In this document: positions 19,508-27,372 of the stretch, piece by piece
Numbering within the stretch: the stretch's first letter is position 1
Layout: the number at the start of each line of letters is the position of its first letter
Source of the DNA: Gemmatimonadota bacterium
GTDB taxonomy: Bacteria; Latescibacterota; UBA2968; UBA8231
Assembly (NCBI GenBank): GCA_038153405.1
Contig: JAYOYH010000019.1
Span: forward strand, 51,076-84,461
Reading direction: 5' to 3'
DNA length: 33,386 nt
Notes under the pieces: model-generated
The model's database searches: none
Told to the model about the DNA's origin: nothing
What the model saw: only the letters and a program-made list of their open reading frames with translations
Program-made: the position numbers and the translations under genes

Positions 19508-20419
19508 ATGCCTGCTGAACCTGGAAAAACGCAGATTGGCTTTATTGGCCTCGGTATTATGGGAGCGCCCATGGCCAAGCACCTGCTGGCGGCCGGCTAC
19601 CAGCTCAAGGTGTACAATCGCAGCGACCGTCCGCGCGTCGACGAAGTCGTCGCGGCCGGAGGCGTGCGCGTGGCTACGCCCAAGGAGGCGGCAGAGGGGG
19701 CGGATATAATCATCAGCATCGTCACCGATACGCCGGATATGGAAGCGGTGATCATGGGCGACGATGGCGCCGTGCACGGCGCTAAAGAAGGATCCATCGT
19801 CATCGATATGAGCACGGTCTCGCCCAAGGTGACGCAGGACGTGGCCGCAGCGCTCAAAGCGCGCGGCGTATCGATGCTCGACGCACCGGTCAGCGGCGGC
19901 GATGTTGGAGCGATCAACGGCACCTTGTCGATCATGGTCGGCGGCGAGCAGAGCGTCTTTGACGAGTGCCTGCCCGTGTTTGAGGCGATGGGGAAGAACA
20001 TCAATCTCATCGGTCCTAACGGCGCCGGTCAGACCACCAAACTGTGCAACCAGATCGCCGTGGCCGGTGCCAATTTGGCCATGGCTGAAGCGCTTATGCT
20101 GGCCGCTGCTTCCGATCTAGACGTGGGCAAGGTCATCGATGCGATTTCGGGCGGAGCAGCCGGTTCCTGGCAGCTGAGCAACCTCGGACCGCGCATTATC
20201 AAGGGCGATTTTGCCCCCGGCTTTATGGTGCATCTACAGCAGAAAGACCTCAAACTGGTGCTGCAGGCGGCCAACGACGTCAAACTCGCGCTGCCTGCTA
20301 CCAGCATTGCCCACCAGTACTTTAACGTCGTCGAGCGCGCTGGGTGCGCCGAAGAGGGCACGCAGGCGCTTATAAAAGCCTACGAAATGCAGGCCGGCAA
20401 AGAGGCGCGTTCTCAGTAA
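19508..20419 (+). CDS. Beta-hydroxyacid dehydrogenase (3-hydroxyisobutyrate dehydrogenase / tartronate semialdehyde reductase family)
   Basis: IGFIGLGIMG.PMA, DAPVSGG, K..NQ catalytic Lys and KDL; AAGGGAG RBS. Confidence 0.93.
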   Translation: MPAEPGKTQIGFIGLGIMGAPMAKHLLAAGYQLKVYNRSDRPRVDEVVAAGGVRVATPKEAAEGADIIISIVTDTPDMEAVIMGDDGAVHGAKEGSIVIDMSTVSPKVTQDVAAALKARGVSMLDAPVSGGDVGAINGTLSIMVGGEQSVFDECLPVFEAMGKNINLIGPNGAGQTTKLCNQIAVAGANLAMAEALMLAAASDLDVGKVIDAISGGAAGSWQLSNLGPRIIKGDFAPGFMVHLQQKDLKLVLQAANDVKLALPATSIAHQYFNVVERAGCAEEGTQALIKAYEMQAGKEARSQ

Positions 20420-20440
20420 CGTCTATTGCTATCCACAGTG

Positions 20441-20474
20441 GGGCTGCGCGACTTGTCGCGCAGCCCTTTTCGTT
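20441..20474 (+). terminator. Rho-independent terminator closing the ndk-to-dehydrogenase block
   Basis: GGGCTGCGCGA-CTTG-TCGCGCAGCCC is an 11-bp stem followed by TTTTCGTT. Confidence 0.8.
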
Positions 20475-20489
20475 GATATACTTATCCAC

Positions 20490-21281
20490 ATGACGTTGAA
20501 TCTCAATAGAATCGGTCTGCTGACGCGCGATGCGAGCAGCGAATACCCTTTCGACGAGGTGCGCGAACTCTTTGGCACATACCAAATTGAGGTCGTGTTA
20601 ATCGAAGAGGGGGCGGTGTGCGCCGATTTGGATATGGTTGTGGCTATGGGGGGCGACGGTACCGTGCTGCGCGCGCTCGATCGCTTTCCGCGCTGTCCAG
20701 TGTTGGCGATTAACTTTGGCACCGTTGGTTTTCTCACGGCGGGCGACCGCACCGAACTGGCCCAGATCGTGCAATTGCTCATGGATGGGCGCTACATTAT
20801 CAGCGAGCGGCTCGTGCTCAACTGTCGCTATCCGCGCGGCGAGGTGCACGTGGTCAACGAGGTTATGGTGCGGGCAAGCTACAAGCTGGCCTTTACCGAT
20901 GTCTTTGTCGACGGGGTGGAAATTCGCACGATAACCGGGGATGGCGTCATCGTCGGCACGCCGACGGGCAGCACGGGGCATCTGCTGTCGGCTGGCGCGC
21001 CGATCGTCTTTCCCGACGTGCGCTGCATGATACTCGATGGCATCAACGAATATAATTTCTCTTCGCGTGCGTTAATTCTGCCTCCCGAGGCTAAGGTGCG
21101 CCTCGTCATTAGCGAAGAGACGCGCGACGAGAACATATCGCTCGTGGTCGACGGCAGGCACTTGGGACAGCTAGTGCCCGGCGAAGAGGTGCATATCAGT
21201 CAGGCGGAACACCGCGCGCGTTTGATCTACCTCGACAAGGGATATTTCTTTCGCAACCTCTCCTCTAAACTCTCTTGGTGA
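20490..21281 (+). CDS. nadK: NAD(+)/NADH kinase family protein
   Basis: GGDGT motif, INFG.VGFLT, NE motif, DGVIVGTPTGSTG and VDG. Confidence 0.85.
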   Translation: MTLNLNRIGLLTRDASSEYPFDEVRELFGTYQIEVVLIEEGAVCADLDMVVAMGGDGTVLRALDRFPRCPVLAINFGTVGFLTAGDRTELAQIVQLLMDGRYIISERLVLNCRYPRGEVHVVNEVMVRASYKLAFTDVFVDGVEIRTITGDGVIVGTPTGSTGHLLSAGAPIVFPDVRCMILDGINEYNFSSRALILPPEAKVRLVISEETRDENISLVVDGRHLGQLVPGEEVHISQAEHRARLIYLDKGYFFRNLSSKLSW

Positions 21282-21284
21282 ACT

Positions 21285-21899
21285 ATGAACATACTGGTTA
21301 CAGCGGCCGATAGTGCGCTGGGTGCTATGCTCTGTCTGCACTTGGCCAAAGGGCATGTCGTCGCGCCTATAGGGCGCAGTGCTGCGGCCGATATTGACGG
21401 CTATCAGTGCGTCGACCCAGTTGAAGTAGAGGGCGTGGCCAACGCCCTGCGTGGGGTGGACGCCGTCGTTCACGCGCTGCCCGGCGCAGCTAACCTCGCA
21501 GACGTGGCCAGTGAACAGGAATTATTGGACTGGGTTTCGCGCTCGACCTATGTGCTGGCGACGGCGGCCTGCGCTGCCGGCGTGCGCCGCATCGTGTTGC
21601 TGAGCAGTCTCGACCTAATGCGCTCCTATGACGAACGCTTTATCGTGACGGCGGATTGGCAGCCGCGCCCGCGGGCCAACGCCGAGTCGCTGGCGCCGCA
21701 CATGGCTGAACTGATCGGTCGCGAGGTGGCTCGCACGGGCAAGGTTGAGGTGGTGGCGCTGCGCTTGGGAAAAATAGACGTCGAAGTGTCTGCGGGTGAG
21801 GTCGCTGAAGCGGTAGAGCGTGCGCTGAGCGAGCCTATGCCGGCTAACTACCATTGGCAAGTACAACACGTCGCGTCCAGTGGGCGCTTTGTCCGCTGA
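21285..21899 (+). CDS. NAD-dependent epimerase/dehydratase-fold protein with degenerate motifs
   Basis: Rossmann-like start MNILVTAADSALG, GVDAVVH, AGVRRIVLLSS and VVALRLG; the YxxxK motif is absent. Confidence 0.7.
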   Translation: MNILVTAADSALGAMLCLHLAKGHVVAPIGRSAAADIDGYQCVDPVEVEGVANALRGVDAVVHALPGAANLADVASEQELLDWVSRSTYVLATAACAAGVRRIVLLSSLDLMRSYDERFIVTADWQPRPRANAESLAPHMAELIGREVARTGKVEVVALRLGKIDVEVSAGEVAEAVERALSEPMPANYHWQVQHVASSGRFVR

Positions 21900-21908
21900 G
21901 GAATTGAC

Positions 21909-22706
21909 ATGGCTACAATAACAGAAGGCAAAGTGCTGATTTTAGGTGCCGGTGGTCCGGTGGGAGCCGCTTGTATTGGAGCGCTAAAAGACAACTACGA
22001 ACTGCGCGTGACGGATGCGCGTCCAATGGCTGAAGCGGCCGAGGGACCGCGCCAGAGCCCGCGCGCGCCGCTGCCCGAACTGTTGGATGCCCCGCATGAG
22101 AATCGCGTCGTTGACGTCTCTGACTACGCACAGGTGCTGGCCGCAGTGGAGGGGATGGACGCCGTTATCAACCTGACGGTGCTGCGCCCGCATCCGGTGC
22201 TGGCCTTTCACGTCAACGAGATCGGTGCTTACAACGTGGCAAAGGCCTGCGTGGCCTGTGGCACTAAGCGCTTGATACATACTGGTCCATTTCACTCGGG
22301 ACTGGGATACGACAGCGATTGGTGGAACGACTTTCGCGTCGGTGACGACGTGCCGATTCATCCCGCCGATGATCTCTACGCGTTGACGAAATACTTGGGC
22401 AACGATATCACGCGCATTTTCGCCGAGGAACACGGGCTCGAAGTGCTGACATTTCTCTACTGCCACTTTCGTCCGCGTGAAATTCTGCCCGAGGAGCACG
22501 GCAAGGGCATTCACCCCTATGCCACTTCGTGGGAAGATACGGGCGAGGGATTTCTCTACGGACTGCGGGCTGGAGCCATGCCCTCTCCCTACGAGACGTT
22601 TTTCATGTGTTCGCGTCTGCCGCACGATAAATATCGGCCCGACAAAGCTAAGCACCTGCTGGGGTGGCAGGCGCGCGATTCGTTTGAGGTGCTGTACAGC
22701 CGCTAG
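21909..22706 (+). CDS. NAD-dependent epimerase/dehydratase (uronate dehydrogenase-like extended SDR)
   Basis: LILGAGGPVG, GMDAVINL, N..G.YNV, YALTK and AK.LLGW; GAGGA RBS. Confidence 0.82.
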   Translation: MATITEGKVLILGAGGPVGAACIGALKDNYELRVTDARPMAEAAEGPRQSPRAPLPELLDAPHENRVVDVSDYAQVLAAVEGMDAVINLTVLRPHPVLAFHVNEIGAYNVAKACVACGTKRLIHTGPFHSGLGYDSDWWNDFRVGDDVPIHPADDLYALTKYLGNDITRIFAEEHGLEVLTFLYCHFRPREILPEEHGKGIHPYATSWEDTGEGFLYGLRAGAMPSPYETFFMCSRLPHDKYRPDKAKHLLGWQARDSFEVLYSR

Positions 22707-22735
22707 CGGCGTTTGGATAGACGTTGGAAGAAAAG

Positions 22736-22772
22736 ACGGCGGCGCTGGTTTTTTAAACGCTTGCGCCGCCGT
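22736..22772. terminator. Intergenic hairpin (possible terminator)
   Basis: ACGGCGGCGC/GCGCCGCCGT is a perfect 10-bp stem with a 17-nt loop; an A-rich tract lies on its 5' side. Confidence 0.4.
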
Positions 22773-22811
22773 TGTGCGTACGGCTATGGCGCATTGATAG
22801 AGGAGCGATCT

Positions 22812-23951
22812 ATGCGAGAAAATATGTTGGGTGCCTATGGGCAGTGGGCCAGCACATTGGTCGGGCGAGAGCCGGGCGAGTACTCGCTGCGCAACCCGCG
22901 CTTCCACTCGCTGGGCACATGGAAAAAAAAGGCACTGGTCAAAGTTGCCGAGTGCGTGGCCGAACCCGCACTTGGGGGCGCGGTGCGGGTGCGAGTGGAA
23001 AGGCAGTATCAGTGGAACGGTCTACACGTCGAGGAGTTGTCCTGGCAACTGCCGATGGGGCCGCGCACGCACGCCGTTTTTCTAAAGCCAAGCGGAGCCC
23101 GAGGGCGTCTGCCGGCCGTGCTGGCCCTGCACGACCACGGCGGGCGCAAGTACTTTGGGCTGCGCAAGATCGTGCGTCTGCCGGGAAGGCGTCATCCGCT
23201 GGTCGTCGAGCACCAGCGTCAGTACTACAGCGATGTGGGGTGGGCTAACGAATTGGCTCGTCGCGGTTACGCGGTGCTGGTGCACGATGGGTTCCTCTTT
23301 GGCAGTCGCCGCATGCGCTATGCCGATGTACCGGAAACGCTGCACGGCGGGCGGCGCGACGGCAATCCAGAGGCGCGGCGCGAAGTGCTCGAATACAATG
23401 CGTGGTCCGGTGCACAGGAAAGCGTGGTGGCCAAGTCGCTGTTTTGCGCGGGCACTACCTGGCCGGGCGTCGTTTTAGCCGAGGACCGCAAGGCGCTCGA
23501 CTACCTATGCGCGCGCCGCGACGTCGACGCCGATCGCGTGGGCTGCGGTGGGCTGTCGGGTGGTGGACTGCGCACGGTATTTCTCGGGGGCCTAGACGAG
23601 CGCATTAAAGCAGCTGTTTGCATGGGTTTTATGAGCACTTGGAACGACTTTCTACTGCACAAGAGCCATACGCATACGTGGATGACCTACGTGCCGCTGC
23701 TGCCGCGCCTATTGGACTTTCCCGAAATACTTGGCCTGCGCGCGCCGCTGCCTACGCTGGTGCAAAACTGCAATGAGGACGCGCTCTATACGGTGCGCGG
23801 TATGAAGGCGGCCGACGCTATCCTGCGCGCGGTCTATGCCAAGGCCAACGCCGCCGATCACTACGCGTGTCGGTTCTATCCCGGCGGCCACAAATTCGAC
23901 GCGCCGATGCAGCAAGATGCCTTTGATTGGTGGGACGCGTATTTGCGTTAG
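22812..23951 (+). CDS. Alpha/beta hydrolase (dienelactone hydrolase / esterase-like)
   Basis: PAVLALHDHGG, ELARRGY.V, nucleophile elbow GLSGGG, D in NEDALY and H in GGHKF; AGAGGAG RBS before the ATG at 22812. Confidence 0.85.
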   Translation: MRENMLGAYGQWASTLVGREPGEYSLRNPRFHSLGTWKKKALVKVAECVAEPALGGAVRVRVERQYQWNGLHVEELSWQLPMGPRTHAVFLKPSGARGRLPAVLALHDHGGRKYFGLRKIVRLPGRRHPLVVEHQRQYYSDVGWANELARRGYAVLVHDGFLFGSRRMRYADVPETLHGGRRDGNPEARREVLEYNAWSGAQESVVAKSLFCAGTTWPGVVLAEDRKALDYLCARRDVDADRVGCGGLSGGGLRTVFLGGLDERIKAAVCMGFMSTWNDFLLHKSHTHTWMTYVPLLPRLLDFPEILGLRAPLPTLVQNCNEDALYTVRGMKAADAILRAVYAKANAADHYACRFYPGGHKFDAPMQQDAFDWWDAYLR

Positions 23952-23993
23952 CTGCGCGATCGGTAGGGCTCCAACCGCGCAGCTAGCGCAAAT
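23941..23993. terminator. Long hairpin between convergent genes
   Basis: ATTTGCGTTAGCTGCGCG (23941-23958) pairs with CGCGCAGCTAGCGCAAAT (23976-23993): 17/18 Watson-Crick pairs plus one G-U. Confidence 0.6.
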
Positions 23994-24006
23994 GTGGTGT
24001 GTTCGC

Positions 24007-24795
24007 TCAGTTGGCCGAGTAGACCAGCGATTGGTTATAGGGAATGACGAGCGGTTTGACGTCCGATAGATGAGTGGCCCATTCGGCCGGATCGTAGGTG
24101 CGCCGCACAAAGCAGGAATAGTGGGCGGGCGCGGCCGCTTTGAGCTGTAGGGCAGAGGCCATTTTTGCCGAGCCCTCAAAAAAGGGAAATTCGCCCTCGT
24201 CGGGGTGCGTCGTCAGCAGGCCGATATCGGGCTTGAGTTGACGCACGGGCTGCAAGAGATCCTCGTGATCGCCGAACGTGTTGACGGGGTCGCCGGAAAT
24301 GTAGACGCGCGTGGTGCCCGCTTCGACGACGTAGCCCAAATGCGTTACATCGGGCGGGGCGATTCCGTCTTCTGGGATGCCCGCCGGGGGTTTTGCCCAT
24401 ACGGCATGCGCTCGCATTGCACCCATTGCCTCGGCACTGCCAGCGCTGACAACGGTGGTCAACTGAGCATCTACGCCGGATTCGCGCACGGCCTGAATGC
24501 TCTCTTTGGGCCCGATAAAGCGCACGTCGGGATAGGCGGCGCGCAGGCGGTTAATCGATTCGATGCAGGTGTGATCTCCGTGGTTATGCGTCAGCAGCAC
24601 GTAGTCGGTGCGCAGGCTGGCCTCGTGCAGCGGTGCGCGCGCGTGGACGTAGCGCTCGGCCGGGCGCTCGCGTGGAAAATAGGGGTCGACCTGTATGATG
24701 GTGCCTGCCGCGTCCTTGATGGCAAAGCTGCTCTGTCCAAACCAGTGAATTCCCACGCAGTTCTTTGCGACGACGAGATCTTCGAATGGGTGCAT
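24007..24795 (-). CDS. Metallo-beta-lactamase-fold hydrolase (UlaG-like lactonase family)
   Basis: HWFGQSSF, VDPY, THNHGDH, GYV, YISGD and PAHY; AGGAAGG RBS before the ATG at 24795. Confidence 0.85.
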   Translation of the reverse strand: MHPFEDLVVAKNCVGIHWFGQSSFAIKDAAGTIIQVDPYFPRERPAERYVHARAPLHEASLRTDYVLLTHNHGDHTCIESINRLRAAYPDVRFIGPKESIQAVRESGVDAQLTTVVSAGSAEAMGAMRAHAVWAKPPAGIPEDGIAPPDVTHLGYVVEAGTTRVYISGDPVNTFGDHEDLLQPVRQLKPDIGLLTTHPDEGEFPFFEGSAKMASALQLKAAAPAHYSCFVRRTYDPAEWATHLSDVKPLVIPYNQSLVYSAN

Positions 24796-24904
24796 TCTAC
24801 GCCTTCCTAGTTGTGCCGTGTTGCGGCTGTGTGCGCCGCGTATATGTTTACTACACAAACTACGACCTGCATAGGCTTCAGCAAGGGCAAAGTGAACCCA
24901 TTTT

Positions 24905-26188
24905 ATGAGTCAGACAACGCTACTAGACGCCAAGTATCGCCGCCGCAAAAGCGAGCTGCTGCACGTACTCGTCGATCGCCTACAGCCGATATACACTGCC
25001 GAGGAAATAGACGCGCTGTGCATTGATGCGATCGACCCGCAAATCCTGGCGCAGCGCTCTGGGCGCGGTTTCGTCAACCGCGATTTAGTAGAGACCATGT
25101 TGGGCAATCTGCTCGAATGCGTTGCGCCTGGATCGCACAACGCCGTTGCGCCCGGGTACGAGCGTGGCGATTTCGCCGACGAACTTGGCCAGGTCGCCGA
25201 TCAGCTATATGCGATGGTGGCGCAGTCTCTGCTGGCTGCTGGCGAGGGCGAGGGCGTAGAGGAGCAGGCCTTGGCCGCGTCGTTTTCCATGCTGTGGGAC
25301 CTGCCGCGCCTCAAGGCGAGGGCACGCTGGAATCGCTTTGCCGCTCTGCGCGATCCGGCGGTGTGGGATGCCTATTTGCTCTCCAACTGTGGCATTAGCC
25401 GCGACGAGCTGCTGCGCATCGACTTTGGCGGCCAACTAGAAGAGGCCATACGCCGTCGCGATGTAGACTATTATCGCGACTTTCTGCGCAATCTCGAGTG
25501 CGACTTCATATTCGATTACCAGATGCAGTTGGTGATGAGTACCTACCCGGGGTGGCGCATTCTATTTTACCACGACGTCGCCCACGCGCTGACGCGCACC
25601 GATGCGGTGGAAGAGGACCCCGGCCTGCAGCGTCGCCCGGTACCCCTATTGCCGCGCGCCATTTCCGAACTAGCGGGGCGCTACTACCAGGCCGACCTGC
25701 ACCCAGAAACCGAAATCGGCGACGCCAATTTTCTCGACCACCCGCACCGCGGCATGACCACGGGGCAGACGGGTATCATTGGTTCGGGATGCCACATATA
25801 CCCGTGCACTTTAGGAGGACTGAGTGACAAAGTGCAGCAGCGCCATCCGATTATCGGCGACTTTGTGTTTATTGGCACGGATGCCGGTCTATTCGGATCG
25901 GTCAATGTCGGCCAGCAGTCGGTTATCGGCGCCAATTCAGAAATTCACGGACGCGTTGAAATTGGTGCGCAGTGCCGCATTGGTGCCTCGGTATTTATCG
26001 GAACAATAAAAGACGGTAGGGGTCAGCCAGGCCGCGTGCAGTTGGGTGATAGCGTGCGCATAGGAGCGGGCACTATTATTGAAAATGCCTCCGAGTTGGA
26101 CCTAGTTATTGCCCATCGCTCAGAGATACCAGCGCGCTCCTACGTGGTCAACAATGGCTGTGGACAACCGCGTTTCGTGCGCGAATAG
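24905..26188 (+). CDS. Serine O-acetyltransferase-like (CysE/EpsC) left-handed beta-helix acyltransferase, atypical
   Basis: DPA, YPG, LLPR.ISE.A, DLHP..EIG...FLDH, TLGG, RHPIIG and hexapeptide repeats. Confidence 0.72.
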   Translation: MSQTTLLDAKYRRRKSELLHVLVDRLQPIYTAEEIDALCIDAIDPQILAQRSGRGFVNRDLVETMLGNLLECVAPGSHNAVAPGYERGDFADELGQVADQLYAMVAQSLLAAGEGEGVEEQALAASFSMLWDLPRLKARARWNRFAALRDPAVWDAYLLSNCGISRDELLRIDFGGQLEEAIRRRDVDYYRDFLRNLECDFIFDYQMQLVMSTYPGWRILFYHDVAHALTRTDAVEEDPGLQRRPVPLLPRAISELAGRYYQADLHPETEIGDANFLDHPHRGMTTGQTGIIGSGCHIYPCTLGGLSDKVQQRHPIIGDFVFIGTDAGLFGSVNVGQQSVIGANSEIHGRVEIGAQCRIGASVFIGTIKDGRGQPGRVQLGDSVRIGAGTIIENASELDLVIAHRSEIPARSYVVNNGCGQPRFVRE

Positions 26189-26227
26189 GAGAGCTGCCAA
26201 CGCGGCTCTGCCAGTCTTCCCATCCGG

Positions 26228-26965
26228 CTACATCGTGCGCAAGAGCGTTACGTAGAGGCTCGTTGCGTCGCTTTTCAGTTCGCCTATCAGCCCAAATTGC
26301 ACCCCCACGTTGAGCACATTTCCATCGCTGATAACCAAGTCTATATTGGGGAAGCCATTTACGGACAGATGGTCGCCGATCCCATCCGTATTGCTCGAGG
26401 CCTTGATGTCAAAATAGGCGACCCATCGCTGGTCGATTACTAGGACCGGCTCAATCAGGGCGTCGATGACCATACCACCGCCTCCCGTATAGCCTTTGAG
26501 AAACCCCCAAAAGAGCTGTTTGTTGATCTCGAACTGCTCTCCGAGTGTTATGCTATTCATAAAGCCGAGAGAGATCCCCGGATTTTTTATATCGCCTGCC
26601 GGCATGAGGAGGTTGATTGCCGCTGCGCGCTGGGGGCCGAGGCTGTATTTGCTGCCGACCATCAGGGAAGAAAAATTAGAAGCCGATTCATTTAGAAAGC
26701 CAAACGTCAGCTGTGCGCCGACCTCCACTTTATCGCCAGGTGTAAACTTACTCATCAGGAAAAAGTTGGTGGTTTTGCCGGGTTTGTTGACGTCGTTGCC
26801 GCGCATGCCGACATCAATAGACTTGTATCCCCTTTGACTTGGCAATACGTAGAATGGATCGTAGCTCAGCTGTTCACTTCGCGTGTATTGTTCTGAAGGG
26901 TGTTGATCCGCACTCAAAGAAGAGGCGAAAATACATAGACAGGCAAAAACGGCACTTTTAATCAT
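26228..26965 (-). CDS. Hypothetical exported protein, probable outer-membrane beta-barrel
   Basis: AGGAG RBS before the ATG at 26965; signal peptide MIKSAVFACLCIFASSLSA; alternating hydrophobic strands (VEVGAQLTF, LNVGVQFGL, SLYVTLLRTM); visibly more AT-rich than its neighbours. Confidence 0.65.
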   Translation of the reverse strand: MIKSAVFACLCIFASSLSADQHPSEQYTRSEQLSYDPFYVLPSQRGYKSIDVGMRGNDVNKPGKTTNFFLMSKFTPGDKVEVGAQLTFGFLNESASNFSSLMVGSKYSLGPQRAAAINLLMPAGDIKNPGISLGFMNSITLGEQFEINKQLFWGFLKGYTGGGGMVIDALIEPVLVIDQRWVAYFDIKASSNTDGIGDHLSVNGFPNIDLVISDGNVLNVGVQFGLIGELKSDATSLYVTLLRTM

Positions 26966-27015
26966 ATGCACTCCTGAGGGGCGTCTGTTTATGCTGTTGA
27001 AAGATAGAAGGGAGA

Positions 27016-27049
27016 CGATTGAGGGGCAATGGGAGTTGTCCCTCAATCG
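27016..27049. terminator. Strong hairpin upstream of the beta-barrel gene, abutting the structured RNA candidate
   Basis: CGATTGAGGGGCAA/TTGTCCCTCAATCG is a 14-bp stem with one G-U; on the minus strand it is followed by a pyrimidine tract (TCTCCCTTCTATCTTT). Confidence 0.5.
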
Positions 27050-27285
27050 CCAGCAGTGCTGCGTCAGGTCGACACATTGAAATAGGTGCCGGATGCAGTG
27101 CTCGATGTCCGATCCTGGCCCGCGGTACGTCGGCAGACCGCTGCGCTGCGTCGACCGCAGAGACTGCGCGCACTGTGCGCACCGCATTGGCTGCAGGTGT
27201 GCGCGTGGATGCAACGGCGGTGCCTGATTTATCCCGCGGCGAGCGGATTTCGGTTCAGCGGCAACCCCCTAACGGCACTGCTGGC
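27049..27285 (+). ncRNA. Structured non-coding RNA candidate, 6S RNA (SsrS)-like; strand uncertain
   Basis: Ends form a perfect 11-bp inverted repeat (GCCAGCAGTGC/GCACTGCTGGC) and nested pairings continue inward as a rod. The + strand has 5' GTGCTGCGT and 3' GGTTCA...AACGGCAC, resembling 6S closing-stem motifs as I recall them. Confidence 0.5.
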
Positions 27286-27372
27286 CTGCCGGGCGAAGAG
27301 CGCCGTTCTCCACAGGTGTCGATTCGCAGAATGGGATATGGCCAAGCCCAACGACGCGGAGCGTATCCCCCC

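Noticed and set aside
20420..20490. Replication origin
   Set aside because: Only two DnaA-like boxes in 70 bp, no AT-rich unwinding element and no dnaA/dnaN/gidA context.
22713..22811. Arg-rich N-terminal extension (MDRRWKKRRRRWFFKRLRRR) as a Tat or leader peptide
   Set aside because: It arises from translating a GC hairpin, has no hydrophobic h-region, and a strong AGAGGAG RBS precedes the ATG at 22812.
27049..27285. tRNA, tmRNA, RNase P, SRP or c-di-AMP riboswitch identity for the structured element
   Set aside because: No T-loop/CCA end, no GAGGAAAGUCC, no SRP GGAA-loop motif, and only a short CGCTGAA match to the c-di-AMP consensus without the remaining elements.
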